64,000 bases of DNA, from IMG/VR virus record IMGVR_UViG_2883843030_000002, positions 1-64,000 of that record, one strand, 5' to 3'. Below the pieces are notes generated by a model. That model saw only the letters and a program-made list of their open reading frames with translations. It did no database searches and had not been told where the DNA came from. Source of the DNA: a virus. Lineage: Duplodnaviria > Caudoviricetes. The number at the start of each line of letters is the position of its first letter. Position 1 is the stretch's first letter. Below, piece by piece: positions 53,209-62,964 of the stretch. A program made the translations under genes and the position numbers.

Positions 53209-53288
53209 ATCCTATTTGCATACGCAAAGATAATCAAAAATAATCATTTATGCAAGTTTTAGAGGGTTTATTTTAATCATATCTGCAA
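53209..53288 (-). promoter_or_regulatory. Early promoter/operator cassette, copy 7
   Basis: TATCTTTG box; repeats at 53241 and 53274. Confidence 0.85.
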
Positions 53289-53326
53289 TTTTTCAATGAC
53301 ATTTAGGCCGTTTCGGATATTATTTG

Positions 53327-53334
53327 TATCTTTG
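53327..53334 (+). promoter_or_regulatory. Divergent -7 box TATCTTTG driving the plus-strand moron
   Basis: TTTGTATCTTTGCAC, the canonical Bacteroidota context. Confidence 0.7.
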
Positions 53335-53339
53335 CACCT

Positions 53340-53548
53340 AAGTTGATAACTTGACAAGAGAGTCAGTAATACAACAGACATACAATAGCCTAATCGTCGT
53401 CGAACTACCACCTTGATAACTCCAGGCTATCGAAAGTTTACCCACTGGGCATTGTGGCTCTGTGTGCATATACGCGCAGGACACGACCTATTGGGTAAAC
53501 GGCTGTGGTAGGCCGGACGACGTTAGGCTGCTGTCCTGCGTCTTTTTG
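53340..53548 (+). ncRNA. Structured leader RNA / attenuator candidate
   Basis: Stems 53387-53411/53505-53529, 53436-53444/53492-53500 and 53475-53483/53532-53540, followed by TCTTTTTG. Confidence 0.6.
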
Positions 53549-53584
53549 TGGGTAGTTGCCAATAATGAGCAAATATGAAGTACA

Positions 53585-54070
53585 ATGGTAACTATCAAGC
53601 ATAACATCGACGAAATTCAATTCAAATATCTTTGGGCTAAGTATGTAAAGGGTTCCAATCTCGATCGACACTGCGCCCAATGCGTTCCGGGCAAGTTCAG
53701 CAAGAAGTTCTCCGGAGCCTGGAACAGCAATCTTCTTCAGCAGCCGGTTTTGAAAATGGATGAGGTCGCTGACGGAGAGTATCAGGCAATATATTTTTGC
53801 GGAGTATTTAAAAAAGGGTTCTCCACCAAGAAAAACTATCCTCATAACTTACACCTTGCGGTCATTCCTGAAGAGGGCCGAAGTGACGTCTTTGATTTCG
53901 AGAATTGGCATATTGAGATTGAAGGCGGATATATTTCACGCATCCCTGCTGAAGAGGAACTTGACGATAGATTCTTCAATGCTCCATACGACTATCACTA
54001 TTACACCTGTCGAATATTCAGGTGGATGGTGGGCTTCTTTTACCCCGAACTTCTAAAACCTACTATATGA
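53585..54070 (+). CDS. Moron gene 1, hypothetical protein (HCxxC)
   Basis: Plus-strand ORF with its own promoter; ATGA-coupled to the next gene. Confidence 0.75.
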   Translation: MVTIKHNIDEIQFKYLWAKYVKGSNLDRHCAQCVPGKFSKKFSGAWNSNLLQQPVLKMDEVADGEYQAIYFCGVFKKGFSTKKNYPHNLHLAVIPEEGRSDVFDFENWHIEIEGGYISRIPAEEELDDRFFNAPYDYHYYTCRIFRWMVGFFYPELLKPTI

Positions 54071-54627
54071 AACAAATTATCTTTACGCTCTTGTGTATGA
54101 TTATCACGACTTCGGCGTATGCGCAGAAGATATTGAGCGATGACACAACCAATGGCACACGTTCGATTATTACGAGCAAAGAAAATGTAAAGTCCGGCAA
54201 CGACCGCATTGTAGTTTATGCCGGCGTAAACCTCATGCAGTCCGGCGACACTCCGACGTACTTTCTGTCTCTCAAGCTGTCCGCGATGAAACATATGGTT
54301 ATCAGCAAAGACGGGCGTATAATGCTCAAAGATTCCGAGGGCAATGTTGTTACGCTCACTACATCCCAAGGCAGCTACGGGTCGGATATGAAGAACGTAG
54401 GCGGTTTCAACTTATACGAAATCAATGTTGACTATCCAATCTCCTACGAACAGTTGCAACAGCTCGCTAAGGGAGTTGCCAAGATTCGTATTGAACTTGA
54501 TAACGATGAGCCATTCAACAAAGAGTACAAGAAAGACAAGATTGGCAAGGTTCTCACGACCGATTTAAGCCTTATTGCCGGCGCGCTCGGCACTGACAAA
54601 AAGGCTTCTTTCTCGGAAGGGTTCTGA
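54067..54627 (+). CDS. Moron gene 2, secreted/periplasmic protein
   Basis: Signal peptide MKQIIFTLLCMIITTSAYA/Q, the typical Bacteroidota Q-rule cleavage. Confidence 0.8.
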   Translation: MKQIIFTLLCMIITTSAYAQKILSDDTTNGTRSIITSKENVKSGNDRIVVYAGVNLMQSGDTPTYFLSLKLSAMKHMVISKDGRIMLKDSEGNVVTLTTSQGSYGSDMKNVGGFNLYEINVDYPISYEQLQQLAKGVAKIRIELDNDEPFNKEYKKDKIGKVLTTDLSLIAGALGTDKKASFSEGF

Positions 54628-54635
54628 GAGTAATT

Positions 54636-54662
54636 GGGTCGACGGTTATATACCGCCGGCCC
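54636..54662. terminator. Hairpin between the convergent moron and tail operon
   Basis: GGGTCGACGG-TTATATA-CCGCCGGCCC. Confidence 0.55.
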
Positions 54663-54665
54663 TAA

Positions 54666-54899
54666 CTATATGCTGACGGTTGTGCGAAAATGGTCGACAA
54701 TATTATATATGGTCCGCTGGGACTTTGCATACTTGTCTGCAAGGACGCATACACAATAGACCGTCTTGTGGTTCTGTTTTTTCATGGCGCAAAACTCTTC
54801 ATAAATCTGGAGATTGTCGATGTCGTTCACACTAATCTGATTGTTTTTCAAGATTTGTAGAAGGCTTTCGTTGCTTTTGATTAGTTCGTAGCAGTTCAT
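54666..54899 (-). CDS. Small HTH protein (Mor/late-activator-like)
   Basis: LADKYAKSQRTIYNIV C-terminal HTH. Confidence 0.65.
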   Translation of the reverse strand: MNCYELIKSNESLLQILKNNQISVNDIDNLQIYEEFCAMKKQNHKTVYCVCVLADKYAKSQRTIYNIVDHFRTTVSI

Positions 54900-54904
54900 A
54901 TCTA

Positions 54905-57900
54905 TCAGAAATTATCTAAGTTTTCAATCATATCCACTCTTTCCTGGGCCTCGGTGATTTCTACCACCGATACCACGGGTTTAATCTCTCTGGCGGCTCT
55001 CTCGAAGGAGTCGGTCATCATTTCAGCACTGTCGACACTCTCGTAAGAGTTGGCTACCTGAATGGGAACGCCGGCACCTATGCTATTCATAGCAGCTAGC
55101 AGTGGCTCGAACATTCTCGTAGCGCGCGCTGTCATTACATACTCCCCATTGGAGAGCATTGCAGGTATGCTGTCGCTCGTTCCGGAGCCCGGTCCATTAA
55201 CCTTACCACCGGTTGCAAACTTCGCGCTTTTGACAGTCGAAATCGCAGTTGCGACATTCGCGAGCACCGTGGCTACAGTGGTGGCTATTGCCGCAAGGTT
55301 CGCAGGGAACGGTAGGGCCGATGCGCTTGCGATACCTGAAGATATGGCTCGGCCGGTGTCGATAGCGATTTGAGCAAGGGTGATAACCTTTGCCATCTTA
55401 GCAAATGCTGAGTTTTCTTCGCCGAGGGTTTCGAGGAGACCTACAAGCCCATTAGTGACGGCTCGTACGGCCTGCTGTTTGGCTTGCTCGTTCTTAACAT
55501 ACGCATCATTGATGGCGACCTGCTTGTTTAACCATTCCTGCTTGGCGGCGTTTTGCTCGGCAAGCCATTCCGCGTCAGTCTGAGTCGATAGTTGACCGCG
55601 CTCGATCAGGGCTTCGTAAGCTTTTTGCGCACTTTCCTCTTCAAGCCGGAGTTTTTCAGCTTCAAAACCACCGATGGATTCAAGCTTACGTTGCCGATCA
55701 GCTTCCATTTCTGTGTCAGTCATCACACGGATGCCTTCACGATGTAGTTGCTTTTCTGTTTCGGCAATATCGAGCTGTGCTATTTCGTTCTGTAAAACTT
55801 GCTTTTGCCTTTCTATATTGAGGGTTCTGTATTCCTCATCAGCAGCTTCTCGCTCTTTACGGTACTTATCGCGAATTGCAGCTAAGGCTTCCTGCCTCTC
55901 GGTCTCATTCTCGTAGTCCTTTTCAGCTTGGGCGAGGTCGAGTTTTTCTTTCTGGTCTATGGAAGCAAGTTTCAGCTCGAGTTCCTGCTTGGTGCCTTCT
56001 TCAACAGCAGATAATTTCAGTTCGATTAGCTTGCTGTCGTGCTCGACTTGTTTTTTGATTTCTTCGGCATCAAATTCAGCAAGAGCATTAGCTTTCTGCT
56101 TCTCGATTGAAGATATAATGCTGAGTATGGCTTCCCGGCTTTTCTCTGTAAGAGTTTTATCTTCGGCAAGTTTCTTCTTGTAATCTTCAATCTGTCGGTC
56201 ATATGACAACACCAACTGTTTACGGCGAGTTGCGGCTGCTTGAACGGTTATTTTAAGAAGCTCATCTTCTGCTTTTCGTAACAGTTCTGCCTCAGTCTTC
56301 GCCGGATCTGTGGTTGCAGATTTCGACGATGTCGACTTGGGCGTATTTTTTTTAGGTGTATTTCCGCTTTCTCCGGATTGAGAGTCTGTTACCGAAGCAG
56401 CCGCAGTAGATGTTTTAATCTCAACTTTTTCTAATTTCTTATCCATTTGCGCCCATGCCTCTTTAGTATTCTCAACTGTTTCATTGGCGATAGCACTAAC
56501 TGCTTTTCGAGTAGCACTGCGGAATTGATCCCAACCGGCACTTACATCGTCCCAATTTAAGGTTAATGCCCCTTTTATGATTTTCGCGAGACCCATAATT
56601 TCATCGGCGATAAGACCGCATATGTTCTTAATTACAGACCATGCGGTTTTGAACTGGAGCGTGATTGATGCCACCCCAGCTCGAACGACGATAGAATTAT
56701 TATATAGGTCGATGAACCAATTTACAACTTCTATTAGCCCCTTGACAATCGCAGTTATTCCTTGTGTGACAAATAATTTAGCATTGGCTGTCATTGTTTC
56801 AAAGGTACCTCCAGTTGTATCGAATAGAGCAGAAAGCGCGGCGTTCAATTCCGTCTGAGCCTGCACCTGCTCTTCCTGAATCTGTGCAACAATGCCTTGT
56901 TTTTCCACACATTCGTCGAGGTTGGTGTTGAGGTCGGCAATCGTTCCAATCATTTTAGCCCCGGCCTCTACGCCCTGCTGTCCAAATACATTCTTCAGCG
57001 TCTCGCCAACTACCTGTGAATCGGCGGGCATGTCTTTGAGTTTTCCGGCAACTTCCTGAAGCACGTCGAATGTAGTCTTAGAGCCGTCTGATATATCTTT
57101 CTGCACCTGCTTAGCGTTGATACCAATGGCTTTCAAAGAATCTGCGGTAGCCGTCGACATTTCACGAATGCGCTCGTTACCTTCTTTGAGAGATTCCAAA
57201 CCTTTATCGCCCCAAAGACCAGTAGAAGTCTGCGAGACAATTGCCATATATTGCTTAGCCGACATTCCCATTTCGTTGAATGCGGCGGGCATCTTCTGAA
57301 GTTTGTCAAGCATGTCACCACCGATGTTTCCACCGGCTTCATAGCCTTCTTTTATAGTATCAAGTGCTTCCTGCCACGATATGCCAAACTGCGCCACCAG
57401 AACGTCTGCGGTAGCCAGGACGTCTTGAAAATCGTCTCCGAATACGTCGCATATAGCTGTCACTTGGTCTCGATAAGCCCTCATGTCATCACCTGCCAGC
57501 CCTGTGAACTGTTTTGTTAGTCGACTGGCTTCCTCAAGTCCTTTGTTGTAGTCATACCACGCCTTTGCAAGCATGACAGTACCGGCAAGACCTAAAAAGG
57601 CTAAAACATACGGATTGGAGAGCAGACCGAGTAGGGTTTTCCATAAGGCTTTGGCCTTTACATTTAGACCTTCCATTACGGACCCCGCTGAGTTTCTAGA
57701 AAGAGCCTCAAGGGAACTGCCAAATTTTGTATTTATTCCTACAAGTTCTCCGAGGGAATCAACAAGACCGGTACTCTGGTCCTCATGTTCTTGTATGACG
57801 GCATTGTTTTCTTCAATCTTCTTGTTGAGGGTTTCGATTGCGTCGGCCGCGCCTTCCGCAGACGGGTCTATGCTAGCGAGGGCGCGGCGGAGAACTTCGT

Positions 57901-58450
57901 TAGCATCCTCGGCTTCCTCTGCGGTCTTACACTCTTTCGACAGTGCTTCTATCAGTCCGTTGGTGGCATTAGCGGCCTGGCCCATGGCGTTAGGGTAGTT
58001 GCCTACATTGCGGAAGAAACGCTGCGTGCCCTGCTCGGCTTCCTTGAGTTTGGTGGTAAGTTCATTTATCTGGGCTTTCAGGTTCTCTCCGACTTCACCG
58101 GTTCGGTCCGCTTCACTCAGACGGTCATACTCTGCAGTCAGGTTCGACAGTTCTGCTCGCCATTGCACAAGAGAGCCGAGGTTCTCCTGCTGGGCTTTCT
58201 CCTGATTATTGATTTGCCGCGTGAGGGTATTTATGGCCGCGTTCTGCTGGTTTATGAATATGCGGGTTGTTTCTACCTGCCGGGCATATTCTTCCTGGCT
58301 GATATTACCCTCGTCAAGCTCCTTTTTGAGTTCCTTTTGACGAGCCATAGCATCAGCCACCTCTTTGCGGTACTTGGCAATCTGATCCAGGGCATCTTTA
58401 TATCGCACCTGAATGTCCAATATTTTCGTTTTTACGTCGTTGTTAGCCAT
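54905..58450 (-). CDS. Tail tape measure protein
   Basis: 1181 aa, helical; RNVGNY, FATGGKVNGPGSGTSDSIPAMLSNGEYV motifs. Confidence 0.92.
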   Translation of the reverse strand: MANNDVKTKILDIQVRYKDALDQIAKYRKEVADAMARQKELKKELDEGNISQEEYARQVETTRIFINQQNAAINTLTRQINNQEKAQQENLGSLVQWRAELSNLTAEYDRLSEADRTGEVGENLKAQINELTTKLKEAEQGTQRFFRNVGNYPNAMGQAANATNGLIEALSKECKTAEEAEDANEVLRRALASIDPSAEGAADAIETLNKKIEENNAVIQEHEDQSTGLVDSLGELVGINTKFGSSLEALSRNSAGSVMEGLNVKAKALWKTLLGLLSNPYVLAFLGLAGTVMLAKAWYDYNKGLEEASRLTKQFTGLAGDDMRAYRDQVTAICDVFGDDFQDVLATADVLVAQFGISWQEALDTIKEGYEAGGNIGGDMLDKLQKMPAAFNEMGMSAKQYMAIVSQTSTGLWGDKGLESLKEGNERIREMSTATADSLKAIGINAKQVQKDISDGSKTTFDVLQEVAGKLKDMPADSQVVGETLKNVFGQQGVEAGAKMIGTIADLNTNLDECVEKQGIVAQIQEEQVQAQTELNAALSALFDTTGGTFETMTANAKLFVTQGITAIVKGLIEVVNWFIDLYNNSIVVRAGVASITLQFKTAWSVIKNICGLIADEIMGLAKIIKGALTLNWDDVSAGWDQFRSATRKAVSAIANETVENTKEAWAQMDKKLEKVEIKTSTAAASVTDSQSGESGNTPKKNTPKSTSSKSATTDPAKTEAELLRKAEDELLKITVQAAATRRKQLVLSYDRQIEDYKKKLAEDKTLTEKSREAILSIISSIEKQKANALAEFDAEEIKKQVEHDSKLIELKLSAVEEGTKQELELKLASIDQKEKLDLAQAEKDYENETERQEALAAIRDKYRKEREAADEEYRTLNIERQKQVLQNEIAQLDIAETEKQLHREGIRVMTDTEMEADRQRKLESIGGFEAEKLRLEEESAQKAYEALIERGQLSTQTDAEWLAEQNAAKQEWLNKQVAINDAYVKNEQAKQQAVRAVTNGLVGLLETLGEENSAFAKMAKVITLAQIAIDTGRAISSGIASASALPFPANLAAIATTVATVLANVATAISTVKSAKFATGGKVNGPGSGTSDSIPAMLSNGEYVMTARATRMFEPLLAAMNSIGAGVPIQVANSYESVDSAEMMTDSFERAAREIKPVVSVVEITEAQERVDMIENLDNF

Positions 58451-58451
58451 A

Positions 58452-60527
58452 TTATTCTTCCTCCGGGAGTTTTAGCAGTTCGCATTTACATATACCCTTG
58501 CTGTCGCGAGTAATTGTCACTATGGCAAAAAAAGCACAGTATTTCGACAAGTACACTGGCGTAGAGTAGTCTAATATCCTCAAATCATGTTCATTTAAGC
58601 GCAGATTTTCTGAGATGATTACGGGGTTCTCCATTATTTTTGACAGGTATGAATACGATGAGTCGTTATTTATCCTCGGAAAATCATTCCATACCTCCAT
58701 ACCCATCCATATTATACCGGTCGGTGTTCCCGGTGAAGAGTATTGGATGAATGGTTTAATCATGCCAAAACAAGGTTTCGCCTCTTTGGTCTTCACTTCG
58801 TCATTTTCGACATACCAAAATTTCATGGTATCACCTGTCTGCCGTTTGGGATCTTTCTTGTTTTTTATATAAGGAGCGTAAAACGGAAGTTGAATGATGG
58901 TTTTGTTTTTTTCGATTACTTCATTTTGAACACGAATTATACCGATTCCACTTTCGTAGACATCTGTTTCGTCTTCGTCGGCGTCACTATCTACATTGTC
59001 GTTCTTCATAATGTAATAGTTATTTTGACCAAAACCATTTACGCTATAAGTTGTTTTACTTGGTAACGTTGCATACTCAGACGTAATCTTACTGCTCCAA
59101 TCTAAGGAGTTGCCCGCAAGGAGTTTTCCTCTTATGTCAGTATAGAAGACCGGAATTATCTCATTGGCATTATTAATAGTAGGAAATGCTCCCATCATAA
59201 AGAATAGGGACTTCATTAGCGTCAAGCAGCTAATGTCGGGAAGATTACTCATTAGGTCCATTGGCATTGAGCCAGCTTCACTTTCAGTTTCATTCCATTT
59301 GATACTATCTATGGAATAGGTTGAATAAAGTCGAGTATATGAGTTTTCTAAAATTCCTGAAACGCTGAATCTATTAAGTCCACAAGTGAAAGCCATGAAT
59401 ACAGTGGCCCCCGACGGGAGTGTAAAGGTCAAGCGGTCTTTGCCATTCTTTTGGGAGAAATCAAAGACCCAGCAAAGAATTCCGCTAGAAGATACTCCAT
59501 ATTTCCCCTCTATTCCTGCGACCTCATTTGTGTCGATAAAAAATGAAAGTTTGGGAGAACTGCCTGCCGATTCGTTGAGCGTCACATCCCAGTCATATCG
59601 GTCAGGACGCCACATAAAATTGGCACAGAATTGGCTGTCGGCATCTATTTCTAGTGCAGATTTACTTATATTGGTAATGCTTATCACGCTTCCTGCGTCA
59701 TTCTTATTTACTCGCAGGAAATTAGCATCAACAGTCCCGAAGGCATTTGTCGGGCTAACAATTACATTGCCAATACCATTTATCGACTGGCCGTTTACGA
59801 AGCCCATTAAGAGCGATGCTATTTCTTTTTCTTCTTCATCTGAAACATTTATTGCAGGAATTACCCCCATTTTGATAATGTCGTGAGTATCGGCCTCTTC
59901 GCCATAGACATAAGCTTTACCGAGATTGAATTTAGTTCCAAACTGAGTGTTTATCAATTCAATAAGTCGATAAACAGGAATGGCCGGTAGAGGGAAAAAG
60001 GAGTAGGTGTTATAGATATTTTTATTGCCGCCTTCGCTGATATAGGGTAGTCCTGCATTATATAGTGGTTGGACGTAGTTCAGGGTATTTTTGTAATCTC
60101 CAATCTTAGCATTACATGGGCCAAAAATTGGTTTGGCTTCTAAAGGCAACTCACGAATAGATATGTCATTATCTTTCAATGCTTGAAAGCCGTCAATAAC
60201 CCCCCAAGTCATTACAGCATTAAAACATGTTTCGGTGCTGTCGATATACAGATTCGCATTTGAAAATAGAGGTATGCCATTCTGCATGTACTCTGCTTTC
60301 AGTCTCCTGCGGATTTTAGAAGAAATACAGCGAATATCATCCGCGTTATTGAGGATACGCCGGTTGTTCGCAGTCATTGGCAGCCTGAAAGTGTATGTGC
60401 GAGAGCAGGTGATCTTTGACAAATCACCAAAGATATTGCTCGCGAAATTTAAGGTTATTCCGCTCGGCATGGAAAGGTCTACTTTAAACCTTTGCCCGTT
60501 GTCTATGATATATAATTCTTCGTACAT
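58452..60527 (-). CDS. Tail / baseplate-hub protein (putative)
   Basis: SRTYTFRLPMTANN N-terminus and PVYL..Y..FF..I C-terminus typical of Bacteroidota siphophage tail proteins. Confidence 0.65.
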   Translation of the reverse strand: MYEELYIIDNGQRFKVDLSMPSGITLNFASNIFGDLSKITCSRTYTFRLPMTANNRRILNNADDIRCISSKIRRRLKAEYMQNGIPLFSNANLYIDSTETCFNAVMTWGVIDGFQALKDNDISIRELPLEAKPIFGPCNAKIGDYKNTLNYVQPLYNAGLPYISEGGNKNIYNTYSFFPLPAIPVYRLIELINTQFGTKFNLGKAYVYGEEADTHDIIKMGVIPAINVSDEEEKEIASLLMGFVNGQSINGIGNVIVSPTNAFGTVDANFLRVNKNDAGSVISITNISKSALEIDADSQFCANFMWRPDRYDWDVTLNESAGSSPKLSFFIDTNEVAGIEGKYGVSSSGILCWVFDFSQKNGKDRLTFTLPSGATVFMAFTCGLNRFSVSGILENSYTRLYSTYSIDSIKWNETESEAGSMPMDLMSNLPDISCLTLMKSLFFMMGAFPTINNANEIIPVFYTDIRGKLLAGNSLDWSSKITSEYATLPSKTTYSVNGFGQNNYYIMKNDNVDSDADEDETDVYESGIGIIRVQNEVIEKNKTIIQLPFYAPYIKNKKDPKRQTGDTMKFWYVENDEVKTKEAKPCFGMIKPFIQYSSPGTPTGIIWMGMEVWNDFPRINNDSSYSYLSKIMENPVIISENLRLNEHDLRILDYSTPVYLSKYCAFFAIVTITRDSKGICKCELLKLPEEE

Positions 60528-60530
60528 AGT

Positions 60531-61970
60531 CTATAATGACTGAGCGTTAATATCTGGTTGCGCGAAACTAAATTCCAGATCGTTCAAGACGTTGCCATTT
60601 TTGTATGATACAGTTCCATCTTGAATCTGTATGGGCTGCCAGATGGCGTCTCCGTTATTATCAACTCCTATATAGAGGTCAACTATCGGTGCCGTTAGAA
60701 TTGTAACAACATATTCGTATATTTCATCAGGTAAGCTTACGGCGCAACACTTATGTGTAACGGAACATTCAATACTCCTACTTCGGTTGTGATTGGCAAA
60801 ATACATACCGCCTATTGGATTGTCATTCACCACAACATCAGAGCTGAGCTTGTTTTTGTATGCAATCTGCCCCTTGCGGAATAAGAAGTATTGGAGATTT
60901 CCCTGCCGGTCAATCCATCGTAGATAGTAACCGTCGGTATCATTGCAAATCTGCATTTTTATCAACACGAGGTTTTCCCCGGTTTGGAAGAAAGTATAGT
61001 CGAATGTATTATCGAATACAGACATGAGTCTTGCTTCCTCTGATACACGGTATTTGATTGTAGCGTTGCGCTGGGCAGTCGGGAATACTTGATTCAAAGG
61101 AATATCCTCGAAACCTAAATCCGAGAACATACCACAATAAACAAGTTCGTCACTGATAAATCTATATCTCGCGTATCCGGTCGGAGTCTCAAGCAGATAA
61201 GTTACATTAGATAATGGCTTGTTGTCATTGGCACTGTTACAATAGTCCGATGTATTGCCAAAGAACTCATTTTCATCGCCGGTCCAGTTCGCATAGAATT
61301 TACCATCCTTTTTTACAACGAAACGTTTCTTCTGCGCGTAATAGACAACTTCAAAAGGCAAAGATACTGTACCAGATGTTAGGGAGGGAATATCAGGAGC
61401 CAACTTTTCCAGTTTCTCGAAGAAGCATACTTTTGTATCTTGGCATATTGGTTCGTTGCTATATACTCCGCCGTCGAACTTCCCGAAGAATTGTACCTCA
61501 CGATTATACCTGAAAAGAGATACAGTGAACGGGAACTTCTTAAACCATATTAGATTCCTTTCGTAATAAGGCTTGTTAGCGGATCTGTTGAACACTCCGA
61601 TGTTGCCGAACCGCTCGCCAAGAGCCAAATTTCCCCAAATTACCAAGGTCGAGAATGTGAACAGATTGAGGGAAGCCACTTTGACGGTCACTGAAACTTC
61701 TATGCATCGCTGATTTTGAGGGTCGTCAAACATCAACTCAAAGAGCCGACTGAGATATATCTTAGCTCGGCCCATATACATCGAAACCTTGATAGTTTGC
61801 TCGTCAACGGCAGAAGAGCCACTTATTTTTTGCACAACCACAGTCAAGACTCCGGCGGGCCATGCGGATTCTATCTCTATGAAATTGGGATTGAAAGCAA
61901 AGCAGACCTCATCGGGGTACTTAGCCACCGAGTCAGCTATGTTTACAAATTTGAATGTTTCGGTTCTCAT
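60531..61970 (-). CDS. Tail / distal-tail-like protein (putative)
   Basis: YLRWIDRQG..YFLF motif; in the tail cluster. Confidence 0.6.
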   Translation of the reverse strand: MRTETFKFVNIADSVAKYPDEVCFAFNPNFIEIESAWPAGVLTVVVQKISGSSAVDEQTIKVSMYMGRAKIYLSRLFELMFDDPQNQRCIEVSVTVKVASLNLFTFSTLVIWGNLALGERFGNIGVFNRSANKPYYERNLIWFKKFPFTVSLFRYNREVQFFGKFDGGVYSNEPICQDTKVCFFEKLEKLAPDIPSLTSGTVSLPFEVVYYAQKKRFVVKKDGKFYANWTGDENEFFGNTSDYCNSANDNKPLSNVTYLLETPTGYARYRFISDELVYCGMFSDLGFEDIPLNQVFPTAQRNATIKYRVSEEARLMSVFDNTFDYTFFQTGENLVLIKMQICNDTDGYYLRWIDRQGNLQYFLFRKGQIAYKNKLSSDVVVNDNPIGGMYFANHNRSRSIECSVTHKCCAVSLPDEIYEYVVTILTAPIVDLYIGVDNNGDAIWQPIQIQDGTVSYKNGNVLNDLEFSFAQPDINAQSL

Positions 61971-62452
61971 TGCGTACTGTCATTTATGGTCGACACTTGG
62001 TCGAGCAGATTAATAGCCATAGCCTCGCTCATCTTATCAAGCTCTTCATTTAGCACTGTTGTGAAAATGTCATCATACTGTTTGGTGCGATGCAATTTGG
62101 TTCCTTTCTTCATGATATTAAAAGCTACCGCGCCGGCAAAAGAGCGCATAACAGATTCCTGGTTCGCATTCTGTCCGTACTTAGCCTTAGCAGATATACC
62201 TTTTGCCTGTGCCCACGCCATAATAATTTCAACGAAGTTCATCGGAACGGCACCAGGTCCTCGACCACGTTCCATAGCAAGAAACGCCTTAGAACCCCAC
62301 AGAATAGCATGTCCGTCGCCTACCTCAACTTTGAGAGAAGCGACTGTACGACCACTGGCGTTACGCTTATTCATTGCCATGCGCTCCGCAATCTTGGTCT
62401 TGATATTGTTCAGGTGTTCCCTGAGAATTTCGTTGGTATCTGCCATAATCAT
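61967..62452 (-). CDS. Neck / tail-completion protein (putative)
   Basis: ASGRTVASL..ERGRGPG..WAQAKGI. Confidence 0.55.
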   Translation of the reverse strand: MIMADTNEILREHLNNIKTKIAERMAMNKRNASGRTVASLKVEVGDGHAILWGSKAFLAMERGRGPGAVPMNFVEIIMAWAQAKGISAKAKYGQNANQESVMRSFAGAVAFNIMKKGTKLHRTKQYDDIFTTVLNEELDKMSEAMAINLLDQVSTINDSTQ

Positions 62453-62964
62453 TCAGTCTTGTCTGGAGATTCTTTGGGAGTCTCGTACTCGTCCTCACAA
62501 AGAGATACGCCCTCTTCCTCTTCGAGTATCGGTGTGATGACTATTCCGGTCACATTCTCATCAAGGTGGTCGTATAAAACCTGGTATGGAAGTTTGCCCT
62601 CAAGCTCCGAGAAATATCCACTATCGTTTATAGCTTTGATGAAACGATAGCACAGCCGCTTCATCTGCTCAATTAGCGCGTCGTTCTCTTCGCTCTCAAA
62701 ATCAAATTCGGTCGAGCACAAGAACGCAATCTGCGCTTCGGGAAAATCTCGTATCTCTTGCCGGTTAGCATCAATGTAGAAATCGCCTGACGGGGGAAGA
62801 ACATACACAATCGTAGGCTTCCTGATAGTATCCATTTCCACATTGAGTGTAGCCCAGTTATAGAAACGATACTCAACATCTGCTCCCATCTTCTCCACAA
62901 TGCTGCGCACTTTGCCCTCTACCGTTCCGAGAGCCTTGTCGTTATCGAATGCCGGGTTCTTCAT
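62449..62964 (-). CDS. Tail terminator-like structural protein (putative)
   Basis: Position and size; acidic. Confidence 0.45.
   Translation of the reverse strand: MKNPAFDNDKALGTVEGKVRSIVEKMGADVEYRFYNWATLNVEMDTIRKPTIVYVLPPSGDFYIDANRQEIRDFPEAQIAFLCSTEFDFESEENDALIEQMKRLCYRFIKAINDSGYFSELEGKLPYQVLYDHLDENVTGIVITPILEEEEGVSLCEDEYETPKESPDKTE

Noticed and set aside
2963-53288. Dispersed repeats as a CRISPR array or invertible promoters
   Set aside because: They are not tandem with spacers; all copies share one orientation, the inverted repeats are only ~7-9 bp, and no dedicated invertase is present
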